DNA of 64,000 nucleotides from a virus. Both the position numbers and the translations under genes were made by a program. The notes beneath the pieces are model-generated. The model saw only the letters and a list, made by a program, of their open reading frames with translations. It ran no database searches and was not told the origin of the DNA. Below are positions 53,959 through 63,214 of this stretch, piece by piece. The first letter of the stretch is position 1, and each line of letters opens with the position of its first letter. The DNA lies in IMG/VR virus record IMGVR_UViG_3300045988_175656. The stretch is one strand, 5' to 3'.

Positions 53959-54210
53959 ACTTTTTATCCACATATTATGAAGTTGGTCTATGGTATAGTT
54001 TTGTGGATATTTTAAACCATATGGAGCAAATGCCCATATTTCTCCATCATTAGGATAATAATAAAAATCACATCCTTCACAATACCAACAATCTTTTTCT
54101 GATTTAAAACTGCCATCAATCCAACATTTTTGCAAATATGCATTTTCTTCAATTTTCAGAGATTCTTTTTTTGAACATAATTTTTTCATATTCTTTTTCA
54201 GCTTGTGCAA
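53941..54210 (-). CDS. hypothetical Cys-containing small protein
   Basis: 89-aa ORF that overlaps the upstream gene by 62 nt (less if Met8 is the start). Confidence 0.45.
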   Translation of the reverse strand: MHKLKKNMKKLCSKKESLKIEENAYLQKCWIDGSFKSEKDCWYCEGCDFYYYPNDGEIWAFAPYGLKYPQNYTIDQLHNMWIKSKKGEN

Positions 54211-55045
54211 TTATTATGTGAAAATATAAAGCACCATAACCTAAATTACCAATTATATCCTTTTTGATATATTCATATGAGCCATCATCATTGATAATTT
54301 TCTCTTCACCTGGATAATAATCATACCAATTACATGTAACATATTTATATCCTTTTTTCAAAGGAATATAAATTCTTTTAAATGTTTCTTCATATTTTTG
54401 ATTATGTTGATAATCAAGAGTACCAACTCTATTAGAATCCCATGAATGTTTTTCCCCATATGGAACATGATATACAGGGAGTTTTATAACCTCTCCTTTG
54501 TATATAACATAAAAATCATTAATATATCTAATACTTTTTGCTATACCAATTAATTCCCCATTTGGTTTTTCTCTGACTTTTCCAAATATAGGTATTTCTC
54601 TTGTTTCATTCCAATTTAATTGTTTATATGTAAATTGTACATATTCTTTATAATCACGTTTATTCCATTTGTTATAACAGAGAATATTATATTCATTCAC
54701 ATAAAATCCAAATATTTTACCATATCTGTATAAATCCCATGAGTATGAATGTATTGGTTTAACATATTCATTCCATTTATCAAACATTTCTTTGGCATTT
54801 CTAAAATGTAATTTAGAAAATTTATTAAATACTTCGTCAACATTTTTACCAACATTTTTTAAAAGAAAACGTTCAATATAATTGTTGATTTTTTTATTGA
54901 AATACCAATATTCGTCATCCCATTTTGATATGTAAGAACCTTTACTAAATGGTATAAATTTAGCATGATTCTTTTTAACATAAGCTCTGTTGTACTTATA
55001 GCCACGACCTTTATAATTGGTCTTAATTTTAAAATTTTTTATCAT
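54149..55045 (-). CDS. hypothetical protein
   Basis: 298-aa Tyr/Lys/Trp-rich ORF. Confidence 0.55.
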   Translation of the reverse strand: MIKNFKIKTNYKGRGYKYNRAYVKKNHAKFIPFSKGSYISKWDDEYWYFNKKINNYIERFLLKNVGKNVDEVFNKFSKLHFRNAKEMFDKWNEYVKPIHSYSWDLYRYGKIFGFYVNEYNILCYNKWNKRDYKEYVQFTYKQLNWNETREIPIFGKVREKPNGELIGIAKSIRYINDFYVIYKGEVIKLPVYHVPYGEKHSWDSNRVGTLDYQHNQKYEETFKRIYIPLKKGYKYVTCNWYDYYPGEEKIINDDGSYEYIKKDIIGNLGYGALYFHIIIAQAEKEYEKIMFKKRISEN

Positions 55046-55114
55046 ATTCTTCTAAGTTAAATGTTAATTTTACCTAGAAGTGATAGTGTTTTATTAGTAA
55101 TTTTTTATTCATAT

Positions 55115-55630
55115 TTATTTATTCATTAGTGCATAAATTATTCCTTTGCGGAAATCAACAGAATTAATTGTTTTTCTTGCTACATCATGCCGACATTCAG
55201 TACCAGAAATTCTTTCTGTTGAAACTAATTCTGATGATGGATATTTACCACCATTTTGATGATACGTTTCCAAGAAGCTATCACGACTACCATAAACAGT
55301 TATTTTATCAAAAGAAGTTGTAATACTTTCTATTTGGTCATCAAGATTTCTAACCCATTCCTCATTTGAATCTCTATCTTTTATAAATAGAACTTTAACA
55401 TTTGGAAATACTGTTGTTATCATTTCTTGTCTTGCATCAAATGGTAAAGGGTTTGAAATTGTAAGTTCATTATTCTTTGGTATTCCTAAGAACAAATAAA
55501 CTTTTTCATGTCTATCAATTACAGACTGAATCAAATCATGATGCATACGATGCAATTCAGGGACTTGAAATCTTCCAACTATAACTCCCACATTAAATTC
55601 TTTAAACCTTAATTCATCTCTTGTTTCCAT
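55115..55630 (-). CDS. NadM/archaeal-type nicotinamide-nucleotide adenylyltransferase-like cytidylyltransferase
   Basis: VGRFQVPELHRMHHDLI is a variant of the GRFQPxHxGH motif. NPLPFDARQEMI and RISGTECRHD (ISxTxxR) are also present, and the 171-aa length is typical of NadM. Confidence 0.6.
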   Translation of the reverse strand: METRDELRFKEFNVGVIVGRFQVPELHRMHHDLIQSVIDRHEKVYLFLGIPKNNELTISNPLPFDARQEMITTVFPNVKVLFIKDRDSNEEWVRNLDDQIESITTSFDKITVYGSRDSFLETYHQNGGKYPSSELVSTERISGTECRHDVARKTINSVDFRKGIIYALMNK

Positions 55631-55631
55631 A

Positions 55632-55871
55632 TTATTTAATTAATTCGTCAACCACTGATTTTGCTTCAATATATTGTGCATTATTAAATTCAACAACAGT
55701 TTTATCCCACAAATCTTTAGGAATTAACACTGTATTACTTAATAATTCATACATATGCTCAATTAAAATCATGATTGAACAATGTTCAGCATCAAATTTA
55801 TAATCTATATTATGAGTTTTCATTATATCTCCAATATAATTCATTTTATTCACTAAATCATGATTAACCAT
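55632..55871 (-). CDS. hypothetical small protein
   Basis: The start is moved to Met12 because the promoter box at 55894-55901 lies inside the longer ORF. Confidence 0.45.
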   Translation of the reverse strand: MVNHDLVNKMNYIGDIMKTHNIDYKFDAEHCSIMILIEHMYELLSNTVLIPKDLWDKTVVEFNNAQYIEAKSVVDELIK

Positions 55872-55893
55872 ATTTTCATTTTTAATGTTTGTG

Positions 55894-55901
55894 CAAATAT
55901 A
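55894..55901 (-). promoter_or_regulatory. Bacteroidota-type promoter (-7 TATATTTG; -33 TTTG in the terminator loop)
   Basis: Part of the 45-bp cassette that is 44/45 identical to 15411-15455. Confidence 0.7.
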
Positions 55902-55904
55902 CAA

Positions 55905-55937
55905 ATAAAAAACGAGAACTCCAAAAGAATTCTCGTT
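55905..55937 (-). terminator. rho-independent terminator after phoH
   Basis: Same hairpin as at 15423-15455 (aacgagaa/ttctcgtt followed by a T-run). Confidence 0.75.
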
Positions 55938-55954
55938 TATTTTTTAACTTCTTA

Positions 55955-56746
55955 TTATTTTTCGTCCCATCTATCAAGAATTTTTGATATGATTGGGTTT
56001 CTAACTATTTCATCTTTAGTAAACTGCATACTTCCAACATCTTCCAAATCACTAAGCTTATCAATAGCATATTTTAAACCACAATCTGATGCACCTTTCT
56101 TTATATCTTTATTATCAATTTGGTCTAAATCCCCATCAAATATGTATTTAGAATTATCACCAATTCTTGTTAATAAAGTTTTAAATGCTGATTTTGGTAA
56201 ATTTTGACTTTCCTCTATCAATACAACAGCATTATCAATTGTTAAACCTCTCAAAAAAGAAACACACATGATTTCAAGTAATCCACATTTTTGTAGTTCT
56301 TTAACAACTTCTTTACCATTATTACCAGCCGCATTTAATATTTTTTCCATTGTGTATATATGGGCTTGTGCATAAGGCATGATTTTTTCTTCAATAGTTC
56401 CTTTCAAAAAACCAATTTCTAAATCAGATTGAACAGTTGGTACAACGATTATAATTTTTTTATAAGCATTATCACCTTTTAATAATTCCAAAGCTGTTGC
56501 TAATGCTACATAACTTTTACCTGTACCTGCTGCACCTGCACAAAATGTTACTTCTTTTGATTTAATCAAATTATGTAAAAGTTTTTGTGATTGATTTTTA
56601 CATTTAAGGTTAACTTTGTAATTTAAGGCTTTTGAACAATTGGTGTAGGAACTTTCGCCCCTATCTTCAGCACCATATGCCATTTTTGAGTTGATAAGCT
56701 CCAAGTCAGCTTCATCAAGACCTTTCAGGTTTTTTTTACGACCCAT
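55955..56746 (-). CDS. phoH: PhoH-like ATPase
   Basis: Walker A CAGAAGTGKSY, Walker B VVLIEESQN, and FDGDLDQID typical of PhoH. Confidence 0.85.
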   Translation of the reverse strand: MGRKKNLKGLDEADLELINSKMAYGAEDRGESSYTNCSKALNYKVNLKCKNQSQKLLHNLIKSKEVTFCAGAAGTGKSYVALATALELLKGDNAYKKIIIVVPTVQSDLEIGFLKGTIEEKIMPYAQAHIYTMEKILNAAGNNGKEVVKELQKCGLLEIMCVSFLRGLTIDNAVVLIEESQNLPKSAFKTLLTRIGDNSKYIFDGDLDQIDNKDIKKGASDCGLKYAIDKLSDLEDVGSMQFTKDEIVRNPIISKILDRWDEK

Positions 56747-56769
56747 AGTTTTTAAATTATTCTTTATTA

Positions 56770-56815
56770 TTAAAAAAAAGAAAAAGGCGCAATGATAACA
56801 TTATCATTACACCTT
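56770..56815 (-). terminator. rho-independent terminator (strand-specific because of G-U pairs)
   Basis: On the minus-strand RNA the stem is aaggtgtaatgataa/ttatcattgcgcctt with two G-U pairs, followed by a long T-run. The plus-strand RNA would have C-A mismatches instead. Confidence 0.65.
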
Positions 56816-56887
56816 TATAATATAATATGTATGTTTTACAATTTCAATTGCTTTCATAGATTTTTATACTTCTTTTATTAATAAATA

Positions 56888-58315
56888 TCATGTATAAACT
56901 TCGGTTACATCATTAATTATATCAAAAGATAAAATATTTTCAAAGTGTTTCACTTCCATATTTGAATATATTTTAATGTCTATTTTATATCTATTTGGTA
57001 ATAAATCATTTGTGTTAATTAACAAATAATTATGATTCCAACATCTCTCTAATTTTTGCCATGAAATGACATCCAATTCTCTCACACCATCATTTACATA
57101 TAATCTGTATTCCATATTATCAATTATTTGTAATTGATTTGTTGTATAAGGTATTCTTGCTTCAACTATAACTTTTCTAATATCTCCACGTTTAATTTTT
57201 TCATCATAGTTAATACCTCTGATAGATGGTACATATTGTTTTGGTAATTGGTCTCCATTTCCAAATTGATAAAAATCAAATTCAGATAAAGTAACAAAAT
57301 CAAGTTCTACATCTTTTAATTTTTTTCCTTTATATATAAGATTAGTCCAAGTATCATATACCATTTCTTTATTTCCATAATCTTCTGAAGATAATTCTAA
57401 CTCAATATAATATACACCCTTTGTCGCTTGTTTAGAAGCGATTTCTGACCCGTTTACACTACAAATGGGTAGTTCATCCAAATTAGTAGGAAAACCGCCT
57501 ACATTCGAGTAAAAATACAATCTATTAGGTTTATCCAAATAAAATGTTGCTCTATCATCAGAAATCACTTCATTGTATGTTGTTTCTACATAAGGTTCAA
57601 AAAATGTATTAGTAAATTGTGTGAAAAAGCCAACATATTGTGTGAATTCCTTTTCTGTTAATTCAAGAGTTGGAGAAAAAGCTATTCCAATACCATAATT
57701 TTCAAGTTCACCTGTGATATATTTATTAAAAGTTTCTGTAATGTCTAAATTTATATTTTCATTACCAAAATCAAAATGTGAAACACCAATTATAATATTA
57801 CTTTTATTTCCATCTTTTGATGAAAATTTATCTAATTCTATTGAAAGTTTGTTTGTTGTATATATTCCTTCAGTTTCCCATAAAAAGCCATTTTTTGCTT
57901 GATACCAATTAGAACCATCTGTTGAAAGAGAATTATGTGAGCCAATATACAAATCTTCCACATAATCAAACCCTCTACCATTATCCCATGTTTGTGGGAT
58001 TAAAAAAAATATTAAATCAAATGATACTGCTCTTTCTTTTTTGCTATTAAATGTTGATGATAACATTTTTTTATCAAATGTGGAAGCATCTATTGAACCA
58101 CAGTTAACCATTTTTAATACATGTTTAAGTTTTGAAATATCAGGGTAGGTTTTATCACACACCAAATCCTTCACTTTATTGTGGTCAAAGTGAAGGATTA
58201 TTCTGGTTAGTAGTTTTGAATAGTTAAGTTCTGCAACAGGGTTTAAACCTGTATTTACAGGACTGTCTTTGATTATTGTGTTGCAACGGTCTAAAAACGT
58301 TTTAGTAACTATCAT
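56888..58315 (-). CDS. hypothetical virion (baseplate/tail region) protein
   Basis: 475-aa ORF adjacent to the spike gene. No motif recognised. Confidence 0.55.
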   Translation of the reverse strand: MIVTKTFLDRCNTIIKDSPVNTGLNPVAELNYSKLLTRIILHFDHNKVKDLVCDKTYPDISKLKHVLKMVNCGSIDASTFDKKMLSSTFNSKKERAVSFDLIFFLIPQTWDNGRGFDYVEDLYIGSHNSLSTDGSNWYQAKNGFLWETEGIYTTNKLSIELDKFSSKDGNKSNIIIGVSHFDFGNENINLDITETFNKYITGELENYGIGIAFSPTLELTEKEFTQYVGFFTQFTNTFFEPYVETTYNEVISDDRATFYLDKPNRLYFYSNVGGFPTNLDELPICSVNGSEIASKQATKGVYYIELELSSEDYGNKEMVYDTWTNLIYKGKKLKDVELDFVTLSEFDFYQFGNGDQLPKQYVPSIRGINYDEKIKRGDIRKVIVEARIPYTTNQLQIIDNMEYRLYVNDGVRELDVISWQKLERCWNHNYLLINTNDLLPNRYKIDIKIYSNMEVKHFENILSFDIINDVTEVYT

Positions 58316-58351
58316 TATTGTAAATTTTATATTCTTATTTACAATAAATAG

Positions 58352-59233
58352 TTAATTTACTTTGATTGAAGTCGATAACATCTCATTAAAATTAAATGTG
58401 GATGCATTTGTTAAAATTGTGTTGTTTGTTGGTGGGTCCATTGGAAATGCATGGCTATGTGTCATAAACGCATTTAAAAATAGTTTTAAAAATTGAACTA
58501 AAGTATCGCCATATACTACTGGATGGGCAGAATCTAATATTTTTAATAATTCTTCATCACTTATTAAACTTGTTGCATCAGTTAAATTAAAATTATCTCT
58601 AGATATATGACTTAATAAATTGATTTTATCAGCAACAACATTAATTGCACTCCCAAATTCTTCTTTATTTGTTTTTAGTTTACCTTGTATATATTTCATT
58701 TGAATATAGGCTGGGTTAAGTTTGTTAAAAAATAAGTTATTTGGTTGTGCTGCTGTTGGTGATTCTTTAAACCCACAACGAATTCTCATTTCATTATCTT
58801 TCATAATAATATCACAATTCTGCCTACCTTGTATTGCAATATCCCCATATTCAGGTAAAGTACCATTAATTTGTGGATTCATTGATGGTGCTTCAGCAGG
58901 TGATATTACTTGATTTCCTTCAAGTAATGAAACCGCAGAGAAATTAAATGGGTCTTTGTTGAGCATTTGAGGTTGAGAAATAACAGGACCTATGTAATAT
59001 CTGTTTCCACTTTTATCGCCTTGATTAGCTAATATAACAAAAACACATTCTCCTATTTTGGGAGTTACATGTAGCATTTTTGGAATTAAAGGAAATGCAT
59101 AAGGTAAATCTTTATCCAAAGTAATATCATTATCTTCAGGGGTTAATCTAATTTTTATTCTTAACCCATCTGTGTCATCAATAATTGATTTTACTTCACA
59201 TAATCTTACAATTGATGTATCGTTTGTTGCCAT
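58352..59233 (-). CDS. baseplate central spike/hub protein (gp5/gpV-like OB-fold)
   Basis: The N-terminal pattern RLCEVKSI...GLRIKIRL...PYAFPLIP...PKIGECVFVI...GD...YIGPV is typical of gpV/VgrG OB-folds. The C-terminal THSHAF (HxH) resembles spike apex metal sites. Confidence 0.5.
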   Translation of the reverse strand: MATNDTSIVRLCEVKSIIDDTDGLRIKIRLTPEDNDITLDKDLPYAFPLIPKMLHVTPKIGECVFVILANQGDKSGNRYYIGPVISQPQMLNKDPFNFSAVSLLEGNQVISPAEAPSMNPQINGTLPEYGDIAIQGRQNCDIIMKDNEMRIRCGFKESPTAAQPNNLFFNKLNPAYIQMKYIQGKLKTNKEEFGSAINVVADKINLLSHISRDNFNLTDATSLISDEELLKILDSAHPVVYGDTLVQFLKLFLNAFMTHSHAFPMDPPTNNTILTNASTFNFNEMLSTSIKVN

Positions 59234-59410
59234 TTATTCCTTTTTTAAACGTTTATTAAGGATATTTTCAATATCCATGTATTCTTTTTCCAATTCTTCC
59301 AGATGAAGCATATATTTAGCTACAAACAATTTTGTTTCATCAAATTCTGTTTGTAGTTCTTCTTGTCTTTTTTTCAATTCGGCATTGGTAGCCAAGTTTA
59401 AATTTTCCAT
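59234..59410 (-). CDS. possible 58-aa coiled-coil protein (below ORF-track cutoff)
   Basis: My own translation is MENLNLATNAELKKRQEELQTEFDETKLFVAKYMLHLEELEKEYMDIENILNKRLKKE. There is a TAATG stop/start overlap with the upstream gene, and the ORF abuts the spike start. Confidence 0.35.
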   Translation of the reverse strand: MENLNLATNAELKKRQEELQTEFDETKLFVAKYMLHLEELEKEYMDIENILNKRLKKE

Positions 59411-59805
59411 TATCTTACTATACCATTAGTTACTGTTGGAGTTGTGTTTGTTGAAAACACTGATACTGGTCCACCTGCATTTGCACCAGTACCAAAACTT
59501 GTTAAAACCCCTGGTGGGATTGCCACATCAACTCTTGCATTATTTTTAATTTCATTAACAATTTCTTCAGCCAAAATTCTCACAAAAGCAGTGACTTTAT
59601 TTTGGGAACCATCATCTAATGCATCTGTATTAATTCCAGCTTCAGGTAATCTTCTTATAATAGCTGCTGCTAATGCTATGGCAGACATGCCAGGACGTTG
59701 CATAATAGAACACACCATAATTAATGGTGGTATGGATATTAATGCAGGTCTAACAAAATCAAATGCAGCACCAATACCGTCAGCTATTGTTTGTATCCAG
59801 CTCAT
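59410..59805 (-). CDS. hypothetical Ala/Gly/Pro-rich protein (baseplate region)
   Basis: 131-aa ORF co-oriented with its neighbours. Locally higher GC also opens a spurious antisense ORF. Confidence 0.55.
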   Translation of the reverse strand: MSWIQTIADGIGAAFDFVRPALISIPPLIMVCSIMQRPGMSAIALAAAIIRRLPEAGINTDALDDGSQNKVTAFVRILAEEIVNEIKNNARVDVAIPPGVLTSFGTGANAGGPVSVFSTNTTPTVTNGIVR

Positions 59806-59817
59806 ATATTATTATAT

Positions 59818-61461
59818 TTAACATTCATTTATTATTGGTTGGGTTTCAGTCTGAACAATATCAGCATAATCCACATTATCCATATTCCAATCTTGTGTTC
59901 CACCACGTTTTAAACGACAAGCTTTGATTAATTGTTCGATTAATGTTTTATAATATTGAACACTTTCAACAACCATTTTAGCTGATAACATTTCAATCAA
60001 TGGTTGTAATAGTTCCATTAAATAATCAAGTAAAAATTTAATAATCAAATCACGTATCATACGAATAATTTGTATTAACATATTTTTACTCATAGCAATA
60101 AAAGATTTAACATCAGGCATTCCAGGAATCCCCATAAGTTTAAAATTTATTGCCAACAACAAATATAATTTAGGTGATATTAATGAACTAACAATCACAC
60201 TTGTTAATTCATTAATAATATTATCAATAAAATTCATTTGAACATTGAAATTCAAATTGTTTTTTTCATCTTCATATGTTGTTGATAATGTTTTAGATAT
60301 TTCAGTTAATGCTCCTTCAATAATTGTTTTTTGTTCTTCCAGTGAAGCAGCTTCACTTATCCCATTTAAACTATTTAAAATATCTTCTGGATTAATTGTT
60401 ATACTATTGTTCTGTTCTCCATTTATTGAAAATAAACCTGCATGTACCAATTCTGCTTTCTCTAACGTACTATTATATTTTTCATTAGAGAATGTAAAAA
60501 AACAATCACTTACTTCACTGTCATCAGTTTCAACAACGCTTTTAACAATTTCGCTTACTTCATATTTAATTAATTGTTGGTTAAATGTTAATGACATATC
60601 AATTGATAATGCATTTGTTAATTTATCCAACAATTGCGCTGCTACAACTTTTGAATCAAATAGTTTGATGGAAGATACATAATCATAATTAAATTGTATT
60701 AATGTTCTTTTTCTATAATAATTTTTTTTGTAGTTATCAGGTACTAAATCACCTGGTAATGCAGGTTTTTTTGTTGTGTCCCCTAACATAACATGAATAA
60801 TGTTATTGTATGGTACTTGTAAATATCCTTGACTCCAATCACTGTTTTTCAATCCTGATGAACGTTCTATATATTCTATTGTTATAATAGGTCTTGTATC
60901 ATCATCGCTTAATGATTGTGTGCTTTTCTTGCTTCTTTTCAACCTATTATCCCAAATAACTCTCCCATTAGATTTGTTGATAACATACCAAAGAAATGCA
61001 TTAAAATCTAATGAACCAACAACTTCTGCTGCTGAATTCATTCCATCACACCCAAAATAAAAATATTTACCAATTTTAGGGTCTAATGGATTTGCTAAAA
61101 GCTGACCTGTTATATCAATTTGTGATAAATCAAAACAAATACCTTCTTTAATCAAATCTTCACTAATAAATGGGTTTATGGAACATGATATGAAATCTTT
61201 AATATTAGCAATTAAAATACCTTTAATAGCATATTCAATCCCATCCAATTCATATGTAATAAATTTGGATAAAACATTAATTAACCTATCATAACCACCA
61301 GCACTTTTTAACAAATCCATTAGAAAATCAAATGGATTCGTTGAAGCATTAATAGAAATAAATGAATCTGTTGTAGAAAGATTCGGATATTTTTCTAATA
61401 TTGTTTGTGCTGCTGCTATGGTAGCAAACGCATATGCTTTAGCTTTTTTTAAATTTGCCAT
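59818..61461 (-). CDS. hypothetical large virion protein
   Basis: 547-aa ORF within the structural gene run. Confidence 0.6.
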   Translation of the reverse strand: MANLKKAKAYAFATIAAAQTILEKYPNLSTTDSFISINASTNPFDFLMDLLKSAGGYDRLINVLSKFITYELDGIEYAIKGILIANIKDFISCSINPFISEDLIKEGICFDLSQIDITGQLLANPLDPKIGKYFYFGCDGMNSAAEVVGSLDFNAFLWYVINKSNGRVIWDNRLKRSKKSTQSLSDDDTRPIITIEYIERSSGLKNSDWSQGYLQVPYNNIIHVMLGDTTKKPALPGDLVPDNYKKNYYRKRTLIQFNYDYVSSIKLFDSKVVAAQLLDKLTNALSIDMSLTFNQQLIKYEVSEIVKSVVETDDSEVSDCFFTFSNEKYNSTLEKAELVHAGLFSINGEQNNSITINPEDILNSLNGISEAASLEEQKTIIEGALTEISKTLSTTYEDEKNNLNFNVQMNFIDNIINELTSVIVSSLISPKLYLLLAINFKLMGIPGMPDVKSFIAMSKNMLIQIIRMIRDLIIKFLLDYLMELLQPLIEMLSAKMVVESVQYYKTLIEQLIKACRLKRGGTQDWNMDNVDYADIVQTETQPIINEC

Positions 61462-61462
61462 A

Positions 61463-61870
61463 TTAATTTAATTTATATTCTTCTGTTGTTGGATTATTTT
61501 CAACGGATTGCATGGCTTTTTTAATTTCATCCCAATTCAGACCGCCAACTGCTGTATTAGCAGCATTTTCATTAACACTTTTTTCAATATCACCATTATA
61601 CTTCAATATATCACCCATGAATTTAGCAATTTCAAGTTTTCTTCCAATTGCCTTATCTTTATTAGCAATAAAATCATTCATTGCTTTGGCATATTTAGTT
61701 TTAGCATCAGTAATTTCATTTGCAAGTATGGTAGATTGAGAAAGTTTGTTCATTTCTTCTTGAATAGTAACAATCTGTTGACATGCTTGATTATACGTTT
61801 CTTGAAGTAATTCTTCTACTTTTTCAACTGAATTTAATTTAACTTTATATCTTTTAGGTGTAACTCCCAT
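61463..61870 (-). CDS. hypothetical helical protein
   Basis: 135-aa ORF, 1 nt from the next gene. Confidence 0.55.
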   Translation of the reverse strand: MGVTPKRYKVKLNSVEKVEELLQETYNQACQQIVTIQEEMNKLSQSTILANEITDAKTKYAKAMNDFIANKDKAIGRKLEIAKFMGDILKYNGDIEKSVNENAANTAVGGLNWDEIKKAMQSVENNPTTEEYKLN

Positions 61871-61910
61871 TTTTTTTATATTTTTTAATAAATAGTAATA
61901 TTTACATATT

Positions 61911-62639
61911 TTAGTTTAATAAACCTTCTTTTGTGTTGAAATAGATGTGTTTAAATTTTTTCATACCATCTCTAATTTCTTTAGTTGATAATAAGGTGGT
62001 TTCTTTTAAAAAGTATAGAATGGATGATTTATTAAATTTGTTACTCCCCATATGAGCCATAATATCTTGCCAATTCATCAATAAATCCAATAATGAATGC
62101 CCTATTTTGATTTCATTTTCTGTTAGTTCATGTATCTTATCAGGAAGAAGCATTTGTTGCATTTCCTCAATAGTTTCGTTAATTAGTTCTGTATTGAACG
62201 TTACCAATGAATCGTTATCAGAATAAGAAAATTTTGAATCCTCATTTAACTCGTTAGCCATATCATCATAAGATGCATTCCTTTTTTGGTTTTTTGTAAA
62301 TTGATTAATTTTATATATTAAGTAGTTTTTACAAATAGTTCCACAATATGAGTAGGCTTTTTTACCAGTAGTAACATCAAAATTACTAATTTTAGTTAAC
62401 ATAAATGATAGAGTATCATTAAAAGTATCTGTAAACTCTTCAGATGGTGTAAACAGATTATATCGTCTAATGATAGATTCTATCATTTTAGTAAATGCAG
62501 GTAATAACTTAGCATTAAAAATTCTATCCTTTTCTTCTTGATTTTCACAATTCATATAATCAACAAAAGCCTGTTCTTCTTCTTCATAAAAATAGCCTGT
62601 TCTTTTTTCGGTACTCGGTTTTCTTCCTCGTTTTCCCAT
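61911..62639 (-). CDS. T4 gp55-like late sigma factor
   Basis: ...MIESIIRRYNLF...LTKISNFDVTTGKKAYSYCGTICKNYLIYKINQFTKNQK parallels T4 gp55 ...[34 protein letters not shown] (sigma region-2-like). The comparison is from memory. Confidence 0.5.
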   Translation of the reverse strand: MGKRGRKPSTEKRTGYFYEEEEQAFVDYMNCENQEEKDRIFNAKLLPAFTKMIESIIRRYNLFTPSEEFTDTFNDTLSFMLTKISNFDVTTGKKAYSYCGTICKNYLIYKINQFTKNQKRNASYDDMANELNEDSKFSYSDNDSLVTFNTELINETIEEMQQMLLPDKIHELTENEIKIGHSLLDLLMNWQDIMAHMGSNKFNKSSILYFLKETTLLSTKEIRDGMKKFKHIYFNTKEGLLN

Positions 62640-62755
62640 TTTGTTGCTTATATATTTTTAGCAACATCGTATTATCATTTATATCTTAATAATTTAAGAT
62701 TCATTCCTTTTAACAATAAAATAATTGTTCTTTTCCTTTAAAATGATGTTATTTA

Positions 62756-63214
62756 TTATTTTAATTTATCAATTAGATATTCTGATAATGCTGTACAAAT
62801 TTCAGATTCTAAATCAATTTTCTCCTTATTTAAAAGGTCAAATATTCCTCTATCTTTATTTTGCTCAATAATTTTTTCCACATCATTATTAACATATTTT
62901 TGTACATCTTTACATTTAGAATTAAGTACATATTTTGTTAACATTCTACAATCAAATTTAATTGGAACTTCAGATGCTAATTTTCTTATAACATTAAAAA
63001 TAATAGCTTCAAAACATTCATTTGTATCATCTTCATTATCATATATTAAATAATGACCCATATTTTCAAAATTTATCGCTAATATTTCTTTTTTATCTTC
63101 AGGAATCCCATTTAAATATCCTAATGCATCCCATTTTTCTACAATTTCTTTAATTGTTCCATTGTTGATAGAGATTTCAAATATTAATTTTACCCTGGGT
63201 CTATGTAATTTCAT
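62756..63214 (-). CDS. hypothetical protein
   Basis: 152-aa ORF whose start overlaps the upstream stop. Confidence 0.5.
   Translation of the reverse strand: MKLHRPRVKLIFEISINNGTIKEIVEKWDALGYLNGIPEDKKEILAINFENMGHYLIYDNEDDTNECFEAIIFNVIRKLASEVPIKFDCRMLTKYVLNSKCKDVQKYVNNDVEKIIEQNKDRGIFDLLNKEKIDLESEICTALSEYLIDKLK

Noticed and set aside
59444-59821. 125-aa plus-strand ORF opposite 59410..59805.
   Set aside because: All neighbours are minus-strand and translationally coupled (TAATG overlap at 59410). The plus ORF is an artefact of locally higher GC, and its sequence is low-complexity.
60245-61810. Plus-strand ORFs 60245..60682, 61508..61810 and 61512..61739.
   Set aside because: They are nested antisense to long, co-oriented structural ORFs. 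Their Phe/Ser/Ile-rich translations are typical of the non-coding frame.
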